In this document: in pieces, positions 1 through 13,914 of the stretch | Position numbering within the stretch: position 1 is the stretch's first letter | Layout of the letters: each line of letters begins with the position of its first letter | DNA from: Catajapyx aquilonaris | Lineage: Eukaryota | DNA: 64,000 bases | Assembly: GCA_000934665.2 (NCBI GenBank) | Contig: KZ538603.1 | Span: forward strand, 62,001-126,000 | Direction of reading: 5' to 3' | Translations under genes and position numbers: made by a program | The notes under the pieces: model-generated | What the model saw: only the letters and a program-made list of their open reading frames with translations | The model's database searches: none | Told to the model about the DNA's origin: nothing

Positions 1-2429
1 CTTGATGTCACTGTTTGGTGTTGAACAGATCAACTCCTGGGCTAGGTGCGGCTGCCAGTGCCAGTGGTCACTCAAATAATTATGTCGTAGCCGCTTATAG
101 TGAATATATATTTCCGATAACTGTTCGGACAAAAAAGTTGAATCACCCTGTATTGACAACGTTGCCCGTTGTAATGTCCCATACTATACACCTGAAATTA
201 TTATGCCATTCATCTATCATTGCTCTAAAATTTAGATTACAATCCTTACACATTCCAGCTAACTCGCTGCGTTTTTACTATTGACATCGTATAGACTATG
301 ATGTATTCGTGACGTAATTTTGTGGCTAATCGGAGGAGTTTCTTGTGAGTGGGTGGGCAAGGCAAATACTGTATACAAAATGAGTTAATCGCTAAGAAAA
401 TCCAAATGTCACTTGTCACAGTTGTGGACTCCAATAATGCATGGGGGCACGATGACAGGGTTGCTAGGGAGGGTCCGAGAAAATTTATGGCGACAAGTTG
501 ACATCTCCGACAATGAGTTATTATGATAAATCTATTCACATGAGAGCCAAATTAAGTGCCAAAGGAAAGTGAATTGTTATATAGGCAACTTCATATGAAA
601 TACAGCTAGTAGGAGTGTGGTTATTAAAATAATGATAATATTCTCACTGTTATTATGGCCCTCACACTGTGTTGGTGATTGCAGCCGCTAACACATGTAG
701 CCTATTATATTATTTTATATTACTTATTATATTATAACAATAAATATTATGTAGGACTACACGGTGATCCGGCCCATCCGGAATACACTTGTCCGATTTT
801 TGTTGAGATTTCTTCGAACTAAGCTGTTTATTTGCATGATTATTTTTAGAGGTTATCAAAAATATTAGCGGCTAATATTAGGTCTAACTGAATCACCCGA
901 GAAATCACATGTCCAAGCTCAGAGATGTAATGAATTTATGATTGGAAATGGCTGATTGGAGTACGATAGTTGGCATCGAATGTCAACGACAAAACCCATA
1001 TTTGCAGGGTGTAAAATTGCGTAAAAAGGACACCTAATATTAGTATCGAATCTGTTAAGTAACCACTCGAAGACTTCCAATATAACTGCTGCACAGTAAG
1101 CATCTTAGTGCGAAAAAAATCGTAACGGCAATATGACAAGTATATCGGATTACCCAGTAAAATAGATACCTACAGGTAGGCCTACTTGCAATAGTAGCAT
1201 TATAAACTGCTATTTATATTTTGTGCAATAATAATATTCACTTTCCTATCAATGCAGTTGTATTAAAGAAATTTTTTTTAGAAGATCGTACTGACTCTAC
1301 TTTTCGAGACAAACAGTATACACTGTGCAGTAGGCGTGTACAGGCCTACTTACAATTTCCGTATACAGTGATATAAGACCATAATTCTCTTCGGTGACTC
1401 AGATACATTCAGGTAATATGAGCCTGTTAGTTCGTAAGTGCAGTCATTATTTCGTGAAATGGCAATTTGAGTAACAAATGGATGCTGGACCCTATAATTA
1501 TGCAGGTAATGTGAAGGCAGGGAACTTGGGACAGGGATATGGATGCCATCTGTTGGCAGAACTAATACTGGGCCAGGTGAACAGCTCACCACGAGCTCAT
1601 GCGCTTGCCAAATCGGACGACTCTGAAACTTCCGAAAGATGTTCAAAACAAATTTTAATTGAGTTAAAGGTGATTATAAGGCATGTATGTTGCAATTTGG
1701 TAAGGCAATTACGAACGGAAGAGCCCGGGAAGAGCGCTAATTTTTTATTGTAAATTCTATCATGCATGTAAAAAGAAGTAATGCGATGCCAATAAATAAT
1801 TGCAATATTGTGTCTGCAACAAACAGTGCCGGATGTACCGTTATTCCATTCAAAATAGGACAACGTTACTAAATGGAGCGCTTGTCTCACGCCCATTTTG
1901 GGACTGCAGGAAACATGTATCCCACACACATGACGTCACCCGTTGCCCCACATAATAGCTATCCTATACTTCAGAAACGAGTTTCGGTTCTGCTGTGGTA
2001 CAGCAGTAGTGTACGCGATTCGTGTCCCCATATCACGCATGGTATGTACAATATATTAATAATAATTAAGTTACGCGTGTGGTCGAGCGTGCAGTATGTA
2101 AGCTATATCGGCCGCTATATGTTCCGCGCCATATGTGTATGTGCATGTAAGTACTACACATATGTGCATGCATATGTGCACATGTGTATGCGGTATAATA
2201 ACAAAACTGTGAAAAAGCATATGTAGGCCAGTGGATGTACTGTACAGCATGTGAATAAGTGGTAGCACAGGCGCGAATGACGATCATGTCCATATAAGGC
2301 ATGGGTGGTCGTGAAGACATTGCTGTAGGTGGGCAGTCATCATTGAGGCCTACGTAATAATGGTGGGCCAGTCAAAGCTGATGTCCCAGTCCGAGCCTGG
2401 GATTCCCATGGAGTAGCCTGGCTGTACTG

Positions 2430-4070
2430 TACCAGCTACGGTACGTACATTACGTACGATAGTACAGCACATCCGGTGACGTCATAGCCGAGGTGTGTGT
2501 CGAAGGGGGGCGTGAGTGGGCGGGCGGGTAAGCAGACGGATGGGTGTGTCCTAGCTATATGCTGACACCTGGGCTTTTTTCGTTCGCTGTGCATTGTGTT
2601 GCAAGTGTTATTCTCTGGCTTTTCAAGGGGGTCATCTCCCGTACGGTGTCTTGTGGATGTGCCTCTACTAGAGTGTCTAGTGTCACTGCACAGTCCGTAG
2701 TGGTGCTCGCCCGAATTGCATAGCAGCTCTTTCGGCTGCATTGGCCTACTCCCGTCGAATAACTGGTTAGTATCTGCCCTCTTTCAGCTGTTTTCAAACT
2801 AGGGGCAAGGGTAGAGGGCTTTTTAAACGGACTACGCTTCGGTGACTGGCGCGATTCTTACGACAATTTAACAAATAATTTGATTACTACTTTGCTATAT
2901 AAAGGGGACAAAAAACCGGTTCGTGTCGGTTACTGTATTTTTATTCACAGGCCTAGTAGGCTACCGGGTATTACGGCATGGTGCACCACCGAATGTGCTA
3001 TATCGCACAAAAATATGGAGACGATTTTGCATTGAAAGCAGACGCATGTGTAATTTCATTTCAAAATAATTACCGTAGACTTCGGCCTATGTTCTATTGG
3101 CGGGTCAGTCTATTCGGCCACTTGCAGGTTAGGAGCGAAAATCATTGCCGATCAGCTGACATTTGTTCCACCTGTCTTCATTCAGGGAAAAGGTCACTGG
3201 CCAGTCTTCCCAATCCCACATTAACCTGCCTAGAGCGGAATTCCGCCAAAATTTCGCACTAAACATGTTTTTGTTACACGCGATACAAACGTTGAAATGT
3301 CCGTTTCGGGACTAAACAAATGCCACGCAATTGACAGGTTTCCGGTCTATCCAGGTTCCGTTAAAGACAGGTGCAGACCGTGGACAGGTGTCACTGATAA
3401 CTTGATAAGTGACAAGTGAGCAGTATTATCGGATAGCCCACACGAATTCCCTGTAGCGACATATGGCAAGTACCCACTGATACCCGACTTACCCGCGGGT
3501 ATTTTTGATACCAATCATACCATCACCCATATGATCCATCCCCAGAGAGTAGTTTGGAGTAGTTTTAAGCCGGACCAGGTTCGCACTCGCACAGCAGTTT
3601 CCTGTTTAACTAATAGCGCGAAGTAGCCGCGATCTCCCGTGGCCTCCCTTTAGCTGCAAGAGTAGCCTCGCACAGAGGTGTCAAGTCTGGGTCTAGTCTC
3701 GGAAGTGACGGCTGGGTTTTGATTTGGAAAAGGGGTGAGGGGGTTGGATAGGGGGGCCAGCCCGGCCAGGGGTCCGGATCTGGAGGACGGTCAACTGCCC
3801 TCGTGTGTGTGTGTCTGGTAAGAAATGTTCGCTTCCAAGTGAGTCATCGGTACGGGTGAGGTTGAGTGGTGTGTGCGGGCCTGGGTTGGAGAGTAGGACC
3901 TTCCGACACTGCCCAACTTCTCTTGTCTGACCGAAAAAGGGCTGGTCCACCCTGATTGTCATTTGTTTGGGGATGCAGGTGAGTAGGATTGTTGCGATCA
4001 AAGTAGACGGCCGGACCATTTATTCTTGCCGGATGATCCTGCACCGTTTCGAGTGATGACATCGTGTGGA
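2430..4070 (+). promoter_or_regulatory. CpG-rich promoter-like region with CRE and ETS-CRE motifs and several 5' splice donors
   Basis: TGACGTCA at 2477-2484 (also 1931-1938), CGGAAGTGACG at 3700-3710, donors GTAAGA 3818 and GTGAGT 3839 and 3979. CpG density drops sharply after about 4200. Confidence 0.45.
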
Positions 4071-5037
4071 AAAAGAAAAATGTTTTTCGTTCGTTGGTGT
4101 TACATATTGGACTTTACAATTCCTATTTAATTGTGGGTGAGTGGAGTGTGGGGAATTCATCATTTGTACCATATTTGGCGTAGTACAGCATATGGCTGGG
4201 TATGTCAGGTTTTTGTTGTAGCACTTGACAGTGCATGACAGAATGCATGTAATATTGCCTACTTATCGATTAAATATATTGCTGATGATTATTAAGGTTA
4301 CTTCCAAAAGGGATTGATTGGTGATTTCACGGCAGTAATTATTATAGATGTTACTTATCTGTTAACCAAGAAATTATGCAAGTTTCGTTCAAGTTGTAAA
4401 GACAGTATTGCTTCATTGTCATACTATATGCATGATATTTCCTCCGTGTCCATATGGGCATGAGCCCCTGTGTAAAAATGTACCATGCCTCATTCAAATT
4501 TTTGGAAGCATTATGGTATGCTTAAAAGATCTGATGATGAAACTGAGTGACTCACGGTTGGACAGGTTGTGGAAATCATTGCATCTGGCACTGTGCTGTA
4601 CACAACTATCGTGCTTGATCTATCGTGCATTTATTATTCTTTCATGTAATTTGGCTTTGAGCAGTGAGTTTCAGCACCATCAGCAACTTAATTGCTTTAT
4701 GACCGCAAGTTGCTAGACTTTTACTTGCTGTGCTTGTTATCTCCACTATTTACTTGTTATGTTCTTCAACATATTACAAAAGGCATTTTTGGATTCTGTA
4801 AGTCACTATAACTAACTAACCTAATAGTAACAACAGGTTGCTGATTTTATTTTAAATCACTTCGGAACAATGCATTGTGTAATTAATGCTGCAGAATTGC
4901 CCACTGTATCTGATCTGAGCTGAAAAGGCAATAGCTACTCCCAAGTAATAACATAGGACTACATGATTTTGGCCATTGTAGTCTATGATTATTTGTGTTT
5001 AGGAAATAGGGATTAATAGGGATATTAAGAATAATAT

Positions 5038-5295
5038 GAGGAGCGACAAAGCAAAACCCGCAAGATCCAATGTTGGCGGGAAACGAGTTAGGCATGGCAC
5101 ATTGTCCATCACATAGGGTGTGATGCGGTGTTAAAAGCTGGTCGGGCAAAATGTGTTAGTTCCATAGTATATGAGCCCAAAAACTGTCGATTCAAGCAAA
5201 TAACCGCAAGATCCAGCAGCATAGTGCAAGCAAAACCAGCAAGATCTATAGAAAAGTTTGTGATGGATCTTGCGGGTTTTGCTTTGCTGCTCTTC
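5038..5295. mobile_element. Small MITE
   Basis: 23-bp perfect inverted repeat CAAAGCAAAACCCGCAAGATCCA (5047-5069 / 5264-5286) plus internal GCAAGATC repeats. Confidence 0.6.
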
Positions 5296-8200
5296 AATTG
5301 GTCACATGTAAAATGTATTATAAAGGGAAAATATTCTTCATATGCGGTAATTGGCAGGAAGTCTAGGAGACAGTTCAATATCCTGGTTGACCATGATGCA
5401 GGGAGCGAGGCAAGGGTATGAACCTCCAAGATAATAAAGTTGTACCTTATGAAGTTGGGATTTCTGCCAAGCTATTTTTGAACTGTTGTGAGCGTCTGCT
5501 TGACACCATAATGGTGGGTTATATTGTAGGCCTAGCATGTAAATGTGTTCGCATGTGAGGCTGTCCTTTGAGGCCCACAAAATTCTGTATTTTATTTATG
5601 TAAAAATCCAGTATCCATCAGGTGTTTGAGACGTAACTGTGAAATATTTCAGGTCACAATTTTGACTACTGACCATCAGCTTCACAGTAATAGCCAGTAT
5701 TGACAAGATAGACCTCGGTTACATATATCTCGCATAATAGTGACCAAGTCTTGTAACTTTTTGACCACAGGTGTTAAGTTTTTTAGAGACATGCATTTCA
5801 TGCACTTGCTGATAATTTATGATGGCAATAAAACCTGCTTAGGCTGTGTACTGCTGTGAGCAACAGGTAGATGCATAGTAAATGAATAACTTCTGAAAGT
5901 CATTGGATCTTGATTGGACCAATATACGTAGATCCCACCACCTGCCTCCCACCATCTGTAATTAATTAAAATTGCCATATCCTGGGAAATTTGTTTGCAA
6001 CCTGTTTCGGTTCAGGCATCTTCCAAATTGCAGTATGGTGCAACCTTCAAAGGCAACAGATACGTTATCATAATATAAATTCAGCCTGAGAATTAAAAAT
6101 CTTGTCCTCTCTGAATCAATATTAGCCATGATTTTAGTAGAAGGAGAATTCTGGATTTGATGATTGATGCAAAAGTATCAACTGTAGGATGACTTTTTAG
6201 CTAAACTATTAGCCATAATTCTTTATCTGTACATGATTACTCAGGTGGGGTATAAATTGCGTAATGGTCAGGGAAGGAAAGAAAAGGAGAATTAATTTAG
6301 CATGTCTGAGTGTTACAATGGGGAAGTAGGGAGCCATGGAGGATTCGGGTCCATGTTACATAACACCAATCAAGTCTCACCAATTAAGCCCATCATTAAA
6401 CCAAAAGAAGCTGAAATTTATTTTGCTAGTCCTGCATGTCCTTGACAAGGTCTTGTCTGAATGGCCATCCCTGGGCTCCAATTAAGCCTTGGTTCATGAC
6501 CTCATTTCGCAAGTTTCATGGTTTTGGGTGAGTAGGCGCAAATTATTTTTATGTTTTGCATGAAAGATGAGGCAGTGGAGGGAGGTCAGCATTATGTAAA
6601 TGGAAGGGGATTGGATAAGTGTGTTGTATGGAAACACAGGTCCAAAAACAGAGCTTCATAAATAATAGCCATCAAAAATTTGCTTCATCTATCATGTATA
6701 CATGAATGGCCCAACAAGAAACATCTCTTATGGAAGTACTGGTATTTGGCTCTTATCCAGTAAGCAGGAAATATTAGGTTGCTTGCATTACAAGTAACTG
6801 CTGCACTATTCAAGGCCCCAATGGTGGCCAAAGAAAATTGTGGCTCAGTACCTGTACCCCATACCTGTCAAAACTGAAGTTGGGAAACACACGAGAAGGA
6901 AATTATTTTTGACCACTTGATATGGTTGTAAGCATCTGGTTGTTGTGGGAGGTTCTGGACCACTGTAACCCAATATTTGACCATTTTGGAGTTCTTTTCC
7001 CATTAACTGCCAAAATTCCATGGTTAAAAAAAAATTGAGTGAGAGAAAATTGCATCAATGTAATGTTCAAGTTTAATCCAGCTACATCCAAAATGCCATT
7101 TGTACTAATATGAATAAGGAAGTTCAAACACTTGCATGGGTTTACACAATGTGTGTACTGCACTTAGCATATGTGTCAAAAATGATAGCCTACCATGTAA
7201 TGTTCAATTACAACCAGCTTTGCGCTTTATTGCTAAAATAGTGTGCTTACCTGCTCATGAATGCAGTGTAACATGTTTCATTGCTGTTGCAAGTATTTGA
7301 GGCCATATATTTACATACTTGTTTTTATTTGTTAATAAAGGATATTTTATGCATGAAAATGTGTATTGCTATTTACTTGTGAACTGCATGTGCAATGACC
7401 TGTTAGATCCCATACTGTTGCATGAGATTTACTCAGTGCCCCTTTGGATCCCACAAGGAGGCCAAGGGAATGTACTTTTACTTGGCACGAAAACTAATCT
7501 TGCCTGCCAGCCTAATGTCACCTACTTGAGCTTAGAAACTTTGTTGCCACTTTATTTTTAAAAGGAAGGCATGCATGAAACGGGGGTTTAACTCCTGCTT
7601 AAGTTTTTCAGGAGAAAGAAAAATCGGTTTCATGACTCTAATAGTCTTAATGTTTCAACTAGTCAATAGTGTAGGACCAACAATTATGGGTGCAGCTCTA
7701 TCACTTGAACTTTGCCCTGGTTGACCAGACTCATGACTTGAGAGAAGCAAAACAGCTGATGTGTATGTGAGATTGAGGTGGGGTGGCAGCCATACTGGGT
7801 GCAATGTGGCAACAATGTGAACAAGGTTTCCTCCACATAAAAGTTCCTCCTGCCAGGACCTTTGATAATACAGTGCCATATTTTACAAAATAACGTGTAA
7901 CCCATTGCACATTAGATCAAATTTTCAAATTGTGTGGGATTTGTTGCAATATAATACAATCATTTAATAATTATTAATAATAACAGATCTCGAGGGCTCC
8001 TGTTGCAGGTAACACAGGGTCACATATTGAAGGAAATTAGATTTATACAGTCATTGAGGTAGGTACTCCAAGGTAGCTGAGGTATGCTTCATCGCATGCA
8101 CTACCAAAACATGCCGGAACACCTGACTTAGGTTTTTTTCAATTTTAAAATCTGCAAATAAATAAGCAGGTGGTTCTACTGGTATAGTCCAGTCAAAACA

Positions 8201-10352
8201 GGCACTCCATATGCTGCCTTATTACCACTCTCCTCTGCTGAGCCAAAAAGAAAATATTCTGTCATTCTAGTGCTTGGTTGACAAGGCAGAGTTGCCATAT
8301 GATGCATAATAATTTCTGAGCTACAAGTACCTTGTGTGCATGGCAGGTCCACATGAACCACCATGCTCAATTGAGGCATTGACATGAGAAAGGGCATAAG
8401 TCACAATGAGAAATGTGCCTAAAAAAAGTAGCCTCTATTTTAATGTTAAACTCATAAACTGATTTTACTTTGACTTTTTATGACTGTGTGACAAATCCAA
8501 CAATGAGAAATATTTTGTGGGATAAAATATGCTTTACAGTGTTCTCATAACTTTTTTTTGCCTAGCGCTTGTATAAATTTTTATTTGTGACTTACACCCT
8601 TTCCCATGTCAGCAATTGTCCACCAATCTCACTTGGATCAGTATAGGAGGTGGTATTTAGATAAGGTTGGTCTGGACTGCGTCAAGTTTTTGGCTGAACT
8701 ACATCTATACTGTGAGGTATGCAATGGTGTGATCCTCAAATCTCTGAAAAATGGCAGGGTGTGTGTGAGTCTGTGGGAGATGTGCCAAGTTGCATGAATC
8801 ATGCTGAGGGAGTAAAAGTGTCCTAAGCCAGGTTTCATTGAGCCTGTCCCTCCTCCTGCATAGGACACATTTGAACAGAAGCATAATCTTCATCATGCAG
8901 ATATGCTTCTGCCTTCTCCTTAAGCAAAGATGGACGAAATATTTGAAGGTAAGACAGTAAGTTGAAGAAAAACAAGTACCAGGTGCAGGACACTCCAACC
9001 ACAGATTGATGAGGCCCATGTTACCTAGGGTATCTATAAATATTGACCAACTTTTTGTCGTTATCAAGCTAGTTAGAAAAGTGTCGTATACGGTAATTGA
9101 AGGACTATTATGAAATGATGACCACGAAGTTGTGGATTTGAAAGTAGCAAATTACGTACTGATTACAGGAAATTTATTTTCAAGAACATTGATATTGTCA
9201 CTAATGCATGATGAAGTTCATCATGTACACCAAGCTATGGTCGGTCCGATGAAATCTTCCCCCACTTCCTCCATCAGGATCGGATCCTCTCCCTATTCCC
9301 GAGAGCAGTTACCCAATTGCATTCCAGCAGGCTGCAGTTCAGATACACAAGTACTGGGAACTGCATGGGACAATGAGAGTAACAAGGAAGAGTGCAGAAT
9401 GTCACAGATTGGGGCTGTGATTTATGTATGGGATGAGCATCTCAACACAACTGCTCCATTTTATTACCAGCTGCTGATTTCACTACCAAAGGCAGATGCA
9501 AAGAAATTACATTTTAGGTTTCCATGATATCCATTTAACTGTTCTGTGATGGAAATACTTTTCTTAAAATCGTGCCACACTGCTTGAATAGTGAGAATGT
9601 TGATAATGCAGCTTAAAATTCTTAGTTATCACATATTAGTGGGCTACACATTCAATTTTTACCTGGCTAACCTAACTGTAGGAAACCCGGAGAGCTGAGA
9701 TCTTCCATGATATGTTGGGATACCTGTACCTTGTGTATCAGAATTAAGCTTCCGTCATTATTGATTGAAATGTTGCATACTCCCACTATAGTCCTGTGGG
9801 TGACCTGGGGGGAAGGAAAAAGACACGGGAGATGCTTTGACTATATGCCTTGGCTACAACAGATTCTTGGTTATAGCAGACTCGAAAGGCTGGTCCCACC
9901 ATACTTCCATATATGGCCTGTGTATTTGGCTATAACAGATCTCGGTTATAGCAGACTGATTTCTGTGGTCCCTTGAAGTATGTTATATCCAGAGTGTAAT
10001 GAACAGTGGTGAAGCTGGATTGTAAGATTGGAATGTGCTTCAGTTTTTTTTAAAATGGGTTGATTTTTTATGTATGGTTGTGTGTGTCACTCAATTAAGC
10101 TCTGCATGTGTGATAGAGAGAGTATCACTGATCTATCCAGCATCATCCTGTAAGAATTAGCGTATGCACATCTATACTTGTGAGGGCTGGTTGCAGCAGG
10201 TATGCAGGTCAGATAAATAAAAAATCTGGCATTCTTAATGGATTCAAGGTCTGTTGACTGAAAAATGCATTGTGGCAGGCTAAGTGGAGATTTTGGTATG
10301 TCTGGTGCATTTGACCCTTAGCATATAGCTATAGAGTATAGAAACTACTCAC

Positions 10353-10721
10353 TTCCGTGCCCGTGATTTTCCTTGCACTTGCCACATACACTCAGGAACA
10401 AATAGTGAGGCGAATGTCGAGTCATGAGCATAACGGTGGAGAGGCTTGGTGGTAAAGCTATTGCACGTGATAGTTTGGTCCAGTACAGTACACAACAATA
10501 ATGGCACTAATACTGTACTGTGCAGTAGCATTGGTTACAAGACATTGTCACCAGTAATTCACTGAATTTATTGAAACTCCATGCCTTGTTCATCTTCGTC
10601 GTTGTGCTTGCGATTCTCCAAGGAAGAAAGTGCCCCCGAAAAGTTGGGTAAATCTATAGCACGTCACTATATGTTAATGAGCTCTGATAAAAGTAATTCC
10701 ATATCCTAGCACACAATTTTC
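10353..10721 (-). other. Candidate internal exon (minus strand)
   Basis: ATTTCAG acceptor and AA|GTGAGT donor. An ATG ORF (10531) runs open into the donor. Confidence 0.35.
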
Positions 10722-11474
10722 CTGAAATGCGACAAGAATTTCAATTCTGACTAAATCATTTTAAATTTTGGCTGACAATTTTGCCGTTTCCTTTGCATGC
10801 ACATACTTACACTATATCTTCTCACGAATGCACTTGCTTGAACCCCTTCATTGAAGACAAGCTATTTATGCCAGATTTATGCCACAAAAATGTGACTTGA
10901 CCAGCATTTAACTTGCTGTTCTTATATGACTGATGTAGATGAAACCTCTGCTTCTCTTGCGAGACAAGAAACCGTTCTGTCATGCCTAGAAGTACAAAAC
11001 TATGGTGAGACTTTTTGTCATATTTTGGTCAACTTGTGAGAACCTACCTTTAATTCATAAAATCGCCAAGCCCACTGGACTGTCTCCAGGCACCACATGG
11101 CCCTCCACATGGCCAGATATACGATGTTCACAGTGCCGTTGCAGACACAACCGGTGTCGAGAGTTGTATACTGTGTACATTGTACAGTACAATACAGCCT
11201 ATATTATAACCGTAGGATACAGAAATAGTTAATGGTGTCTCGACAATTGCGGTAGTAGTGCTATTATGTCGATACATACCAATTTATCTATTTTTATGAT
11301 GTTTATATCGCATCGATGTCTTAATTTTCATAATCGGCAAATCAGACAAGGTACCGCTAATATTACTTCCCAAAATTTCCATTTTTTTTGTACGATTTAT
11401 GAGAAAAATACCTCAGTCACTTTTTCTAGTCATGACCTAAAAATTTCACTTTTCCTCGGGAAATTGCCTCATAC

Positions 11475-11663
11475 CTACTCGGATATTCCAAACCGTTCGA
11501 CACCATGTGGACTAATCATGGCGTTCACTATAAATCGGTTGGAATCTGTGGTTGGCACGAACTCGCGTGGGAATTGTGCGCAAGCCCCTTCTACGCAAGG
11601 CCACATGACGGCGAGAGATTCGTCACGACTGCGCGGCAATTCAAACAGCAGGAGAAGGGTTGT
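11475..11663 (-). other. Candidate internal exon (minus strand)
   Basis: TTTTTAG acceptor and AG|GTATGA donor. No frame stays open through the exon when spliced to the 12566 exon. Confidence 0.35.
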
Positions 11664-12565
11664 CTAAAAATGGCCATGTGAAGCTAAATTACGATCAATT
11701 TCTAACTGGCTGATTACTAAATCATGAGGATAAAAATAGGTGACCGTGAATATAACTAACGTAAGATGAGCTGTTTATCAAAGATCACACTATAGCTACG
11801 CGGTTTTTCTTTCTTCGAATAAGTGATTCTGTGGGAATGTACTTGCTCCACCTTTTTTCACGGTGATGGGGATAGAATAGAGCTCCCATATTGTTTTGAG
11901 AGCCGTAAGACCGACCGTGATAAATTCAACTAGAAAGGACAAAACTGCTAAACGATTTTGTGTGNATTATTTGCGAAGTTCGTATCATCGTTTTATCACA
12001 TCAGATAAAACTTCCACATAGATTTTATTCGTAATAATGTATAAAAATAAATGTGCATGATAATTCATCACTTTTGTTCCAACCTATACAAATGTATGCA
12101 GTAGGCTTACAAATTCATTGAGGGCGGTTTCAAGCCATGAGGGGAAAGCAAAACCTGTCGCTTAAATCAAGTCACATCTCACTTATCACGCGTTTGCATG
12201 ATGTTTTGATGTCATGGTGTGAAAGATAACGTGTTAGTGTACTTTGTTTACAAAGGCACGGAAATAAATACTAGGGCATGGCTTTATCGAGGTGCACATA
12301 TTTGAAAAAGTTTGTTTTTTGCCCGCGTCCGCAACTTGACCAAGCATTCCCCCCCCCCTCGTCAAAATACACGCGTAGTGTATCAAACATATTCACCGTA
12401 CTCGCACCCTTCACCATAACGGTGTAGACCGGTGTAGACTATTAAAATACGAAATGTGCGAAATTGGTTTAAGAAACTAAAGCCTGGGCAATGAAAATAT
12501 TAAAGCCTGCCCCTCGAATATCAAGAATCTTACCCCGTGGTAAAATTTAATTATGAGTACCTTAC

Positions 12566-12660
12566 TCGTTTCGGAAATATGGTTCAGCTCTCCTTGCCAC
12601 TAACATGGCCGCCGAGCCCGCTTTCAATTTGCCGTCCGCCATCGGCGCCACTGCTCAATC
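12566..12660 (-). other. Candidate first exon of a minus-strand transcript
   Basis: CpG-rich. GATGGCGG at 12642 opens MADGKLKAGSAAMLVARRAEPYFRN up to a GA|GTAAGG donor. Confidence 0.4.
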
Positions 12661-13861
12661 TAGTGCACATCGAGTGGTAATATGTACTGTAGTTTTATGC
12701 CTGTGATTGGTGCGAGCCAGATAAGGTATCCAGCTGTTGTTCTGTGATTGTGGGCTATGATGAACAGGTGATCTTTGCTCCTTGGCATTCCACCTTAGGC
12801 ACAAACATCTTGTTCACAAGGTATAGTGAACAAAGTGTGCGGTGTGGCCGCTCCTGTCGCCTAGTGGCAAGTGATTGAGAGTATAGATTATATGAAAGCA
12901 ACATTCAAACGGGGGGGATATTCCAGATATTTTCAAGGCTAGTACCCGCTAGCACTACAATGCATTTTGCCATTTTCAATATAACAATGCAAGTAGATAA
13001 AATTATTGGAACTCTAAACTGGAAAATAATAACACTACGGTATATTATATTATTCAGGTTCCGAAAAATTGAAATCTTAACTGCGGTCATCATAAAAAGT
13101 ATTTCTTGCATTTCATTATGCAAATATAAAGGTTGCATACAAAGAAATTTAAGTAAAATTTATGCAGCCGTAGTTTTCAATTCAGCTTCCCCGTTCCCTC
13201 TGTGGCGCCGCGCCGCAGTAATCTTCAAATTGTCTTGGTTCATTACTGGGAGAAGGGGAACTGAAATTCATAAAGTAGCTCCAAAAGATTTCAAAAAATC
13301 CACGAACTGATGCAAGTCCCAAGAATAAACTGTATAAAATTGCGACCAGTGAAAAATTATTTCGAGTGTTACCAATTTATTCTCTCCCACATAAATTTTA
13401 TACTGTAGATTGGGCGAAAATCGTAGTAACTCTGACCCCCACTACGGCCTGGAATAAGGAGCTAGAGCTCGGATTACGCCAACTGCTGAAGCCGCCGCCA
13501 TGATCAGGGGCTTGAGATCAATCAAGCCACTGTTGGCACTTACGAGGCTATACTTACCGACTGAGCGTCTTCCCGATACGCCCGATGATGACACGATCAG
13601 CATACGTTGACGCTCCAGTGTCTTATATTCAACCTAGCACGAGCATATCCGTATATTTAAACTAGTCGGATCTGTATATTAATTGACATTGCATTTTTAA
13701 CGGTTCCCAATTGGAGCACTTGTCTCTCTTTCGATTGTCCGGTTTTCATGACGATCGGATCTATAGAAGGAAAATCACTGCCTTATTATGTATGATACCA
13801 GCACTACTTTCGGAACATACTTTCTGGAGCATGTTCATATGATTGTGTTCTCTCTTTCCAG

Positions 13862-13914
13862 TCGCTGGCGGTGAACTGAATCACCTCAAAGTCGACGCGA
13901 CAGGGCGCAAATAG
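13862..13914 (+). other. Candidate 5'UTR exon
   Basis: TTCTCTCTTTCCAG acceptor and AG|GTAAGG donor. Confidence 0.4.

Noticed and set aside
9115..9162. C/D box snoRNA (ATGATGA...CTGA)
   Set aside because: Too short, with no terminal stem and no identifiable antisense guide.
10499..10525. miR-263/183-like seed AATGGCACT
   Set aside because: The rest of the mature sequence and a precursor hairpin do not match.
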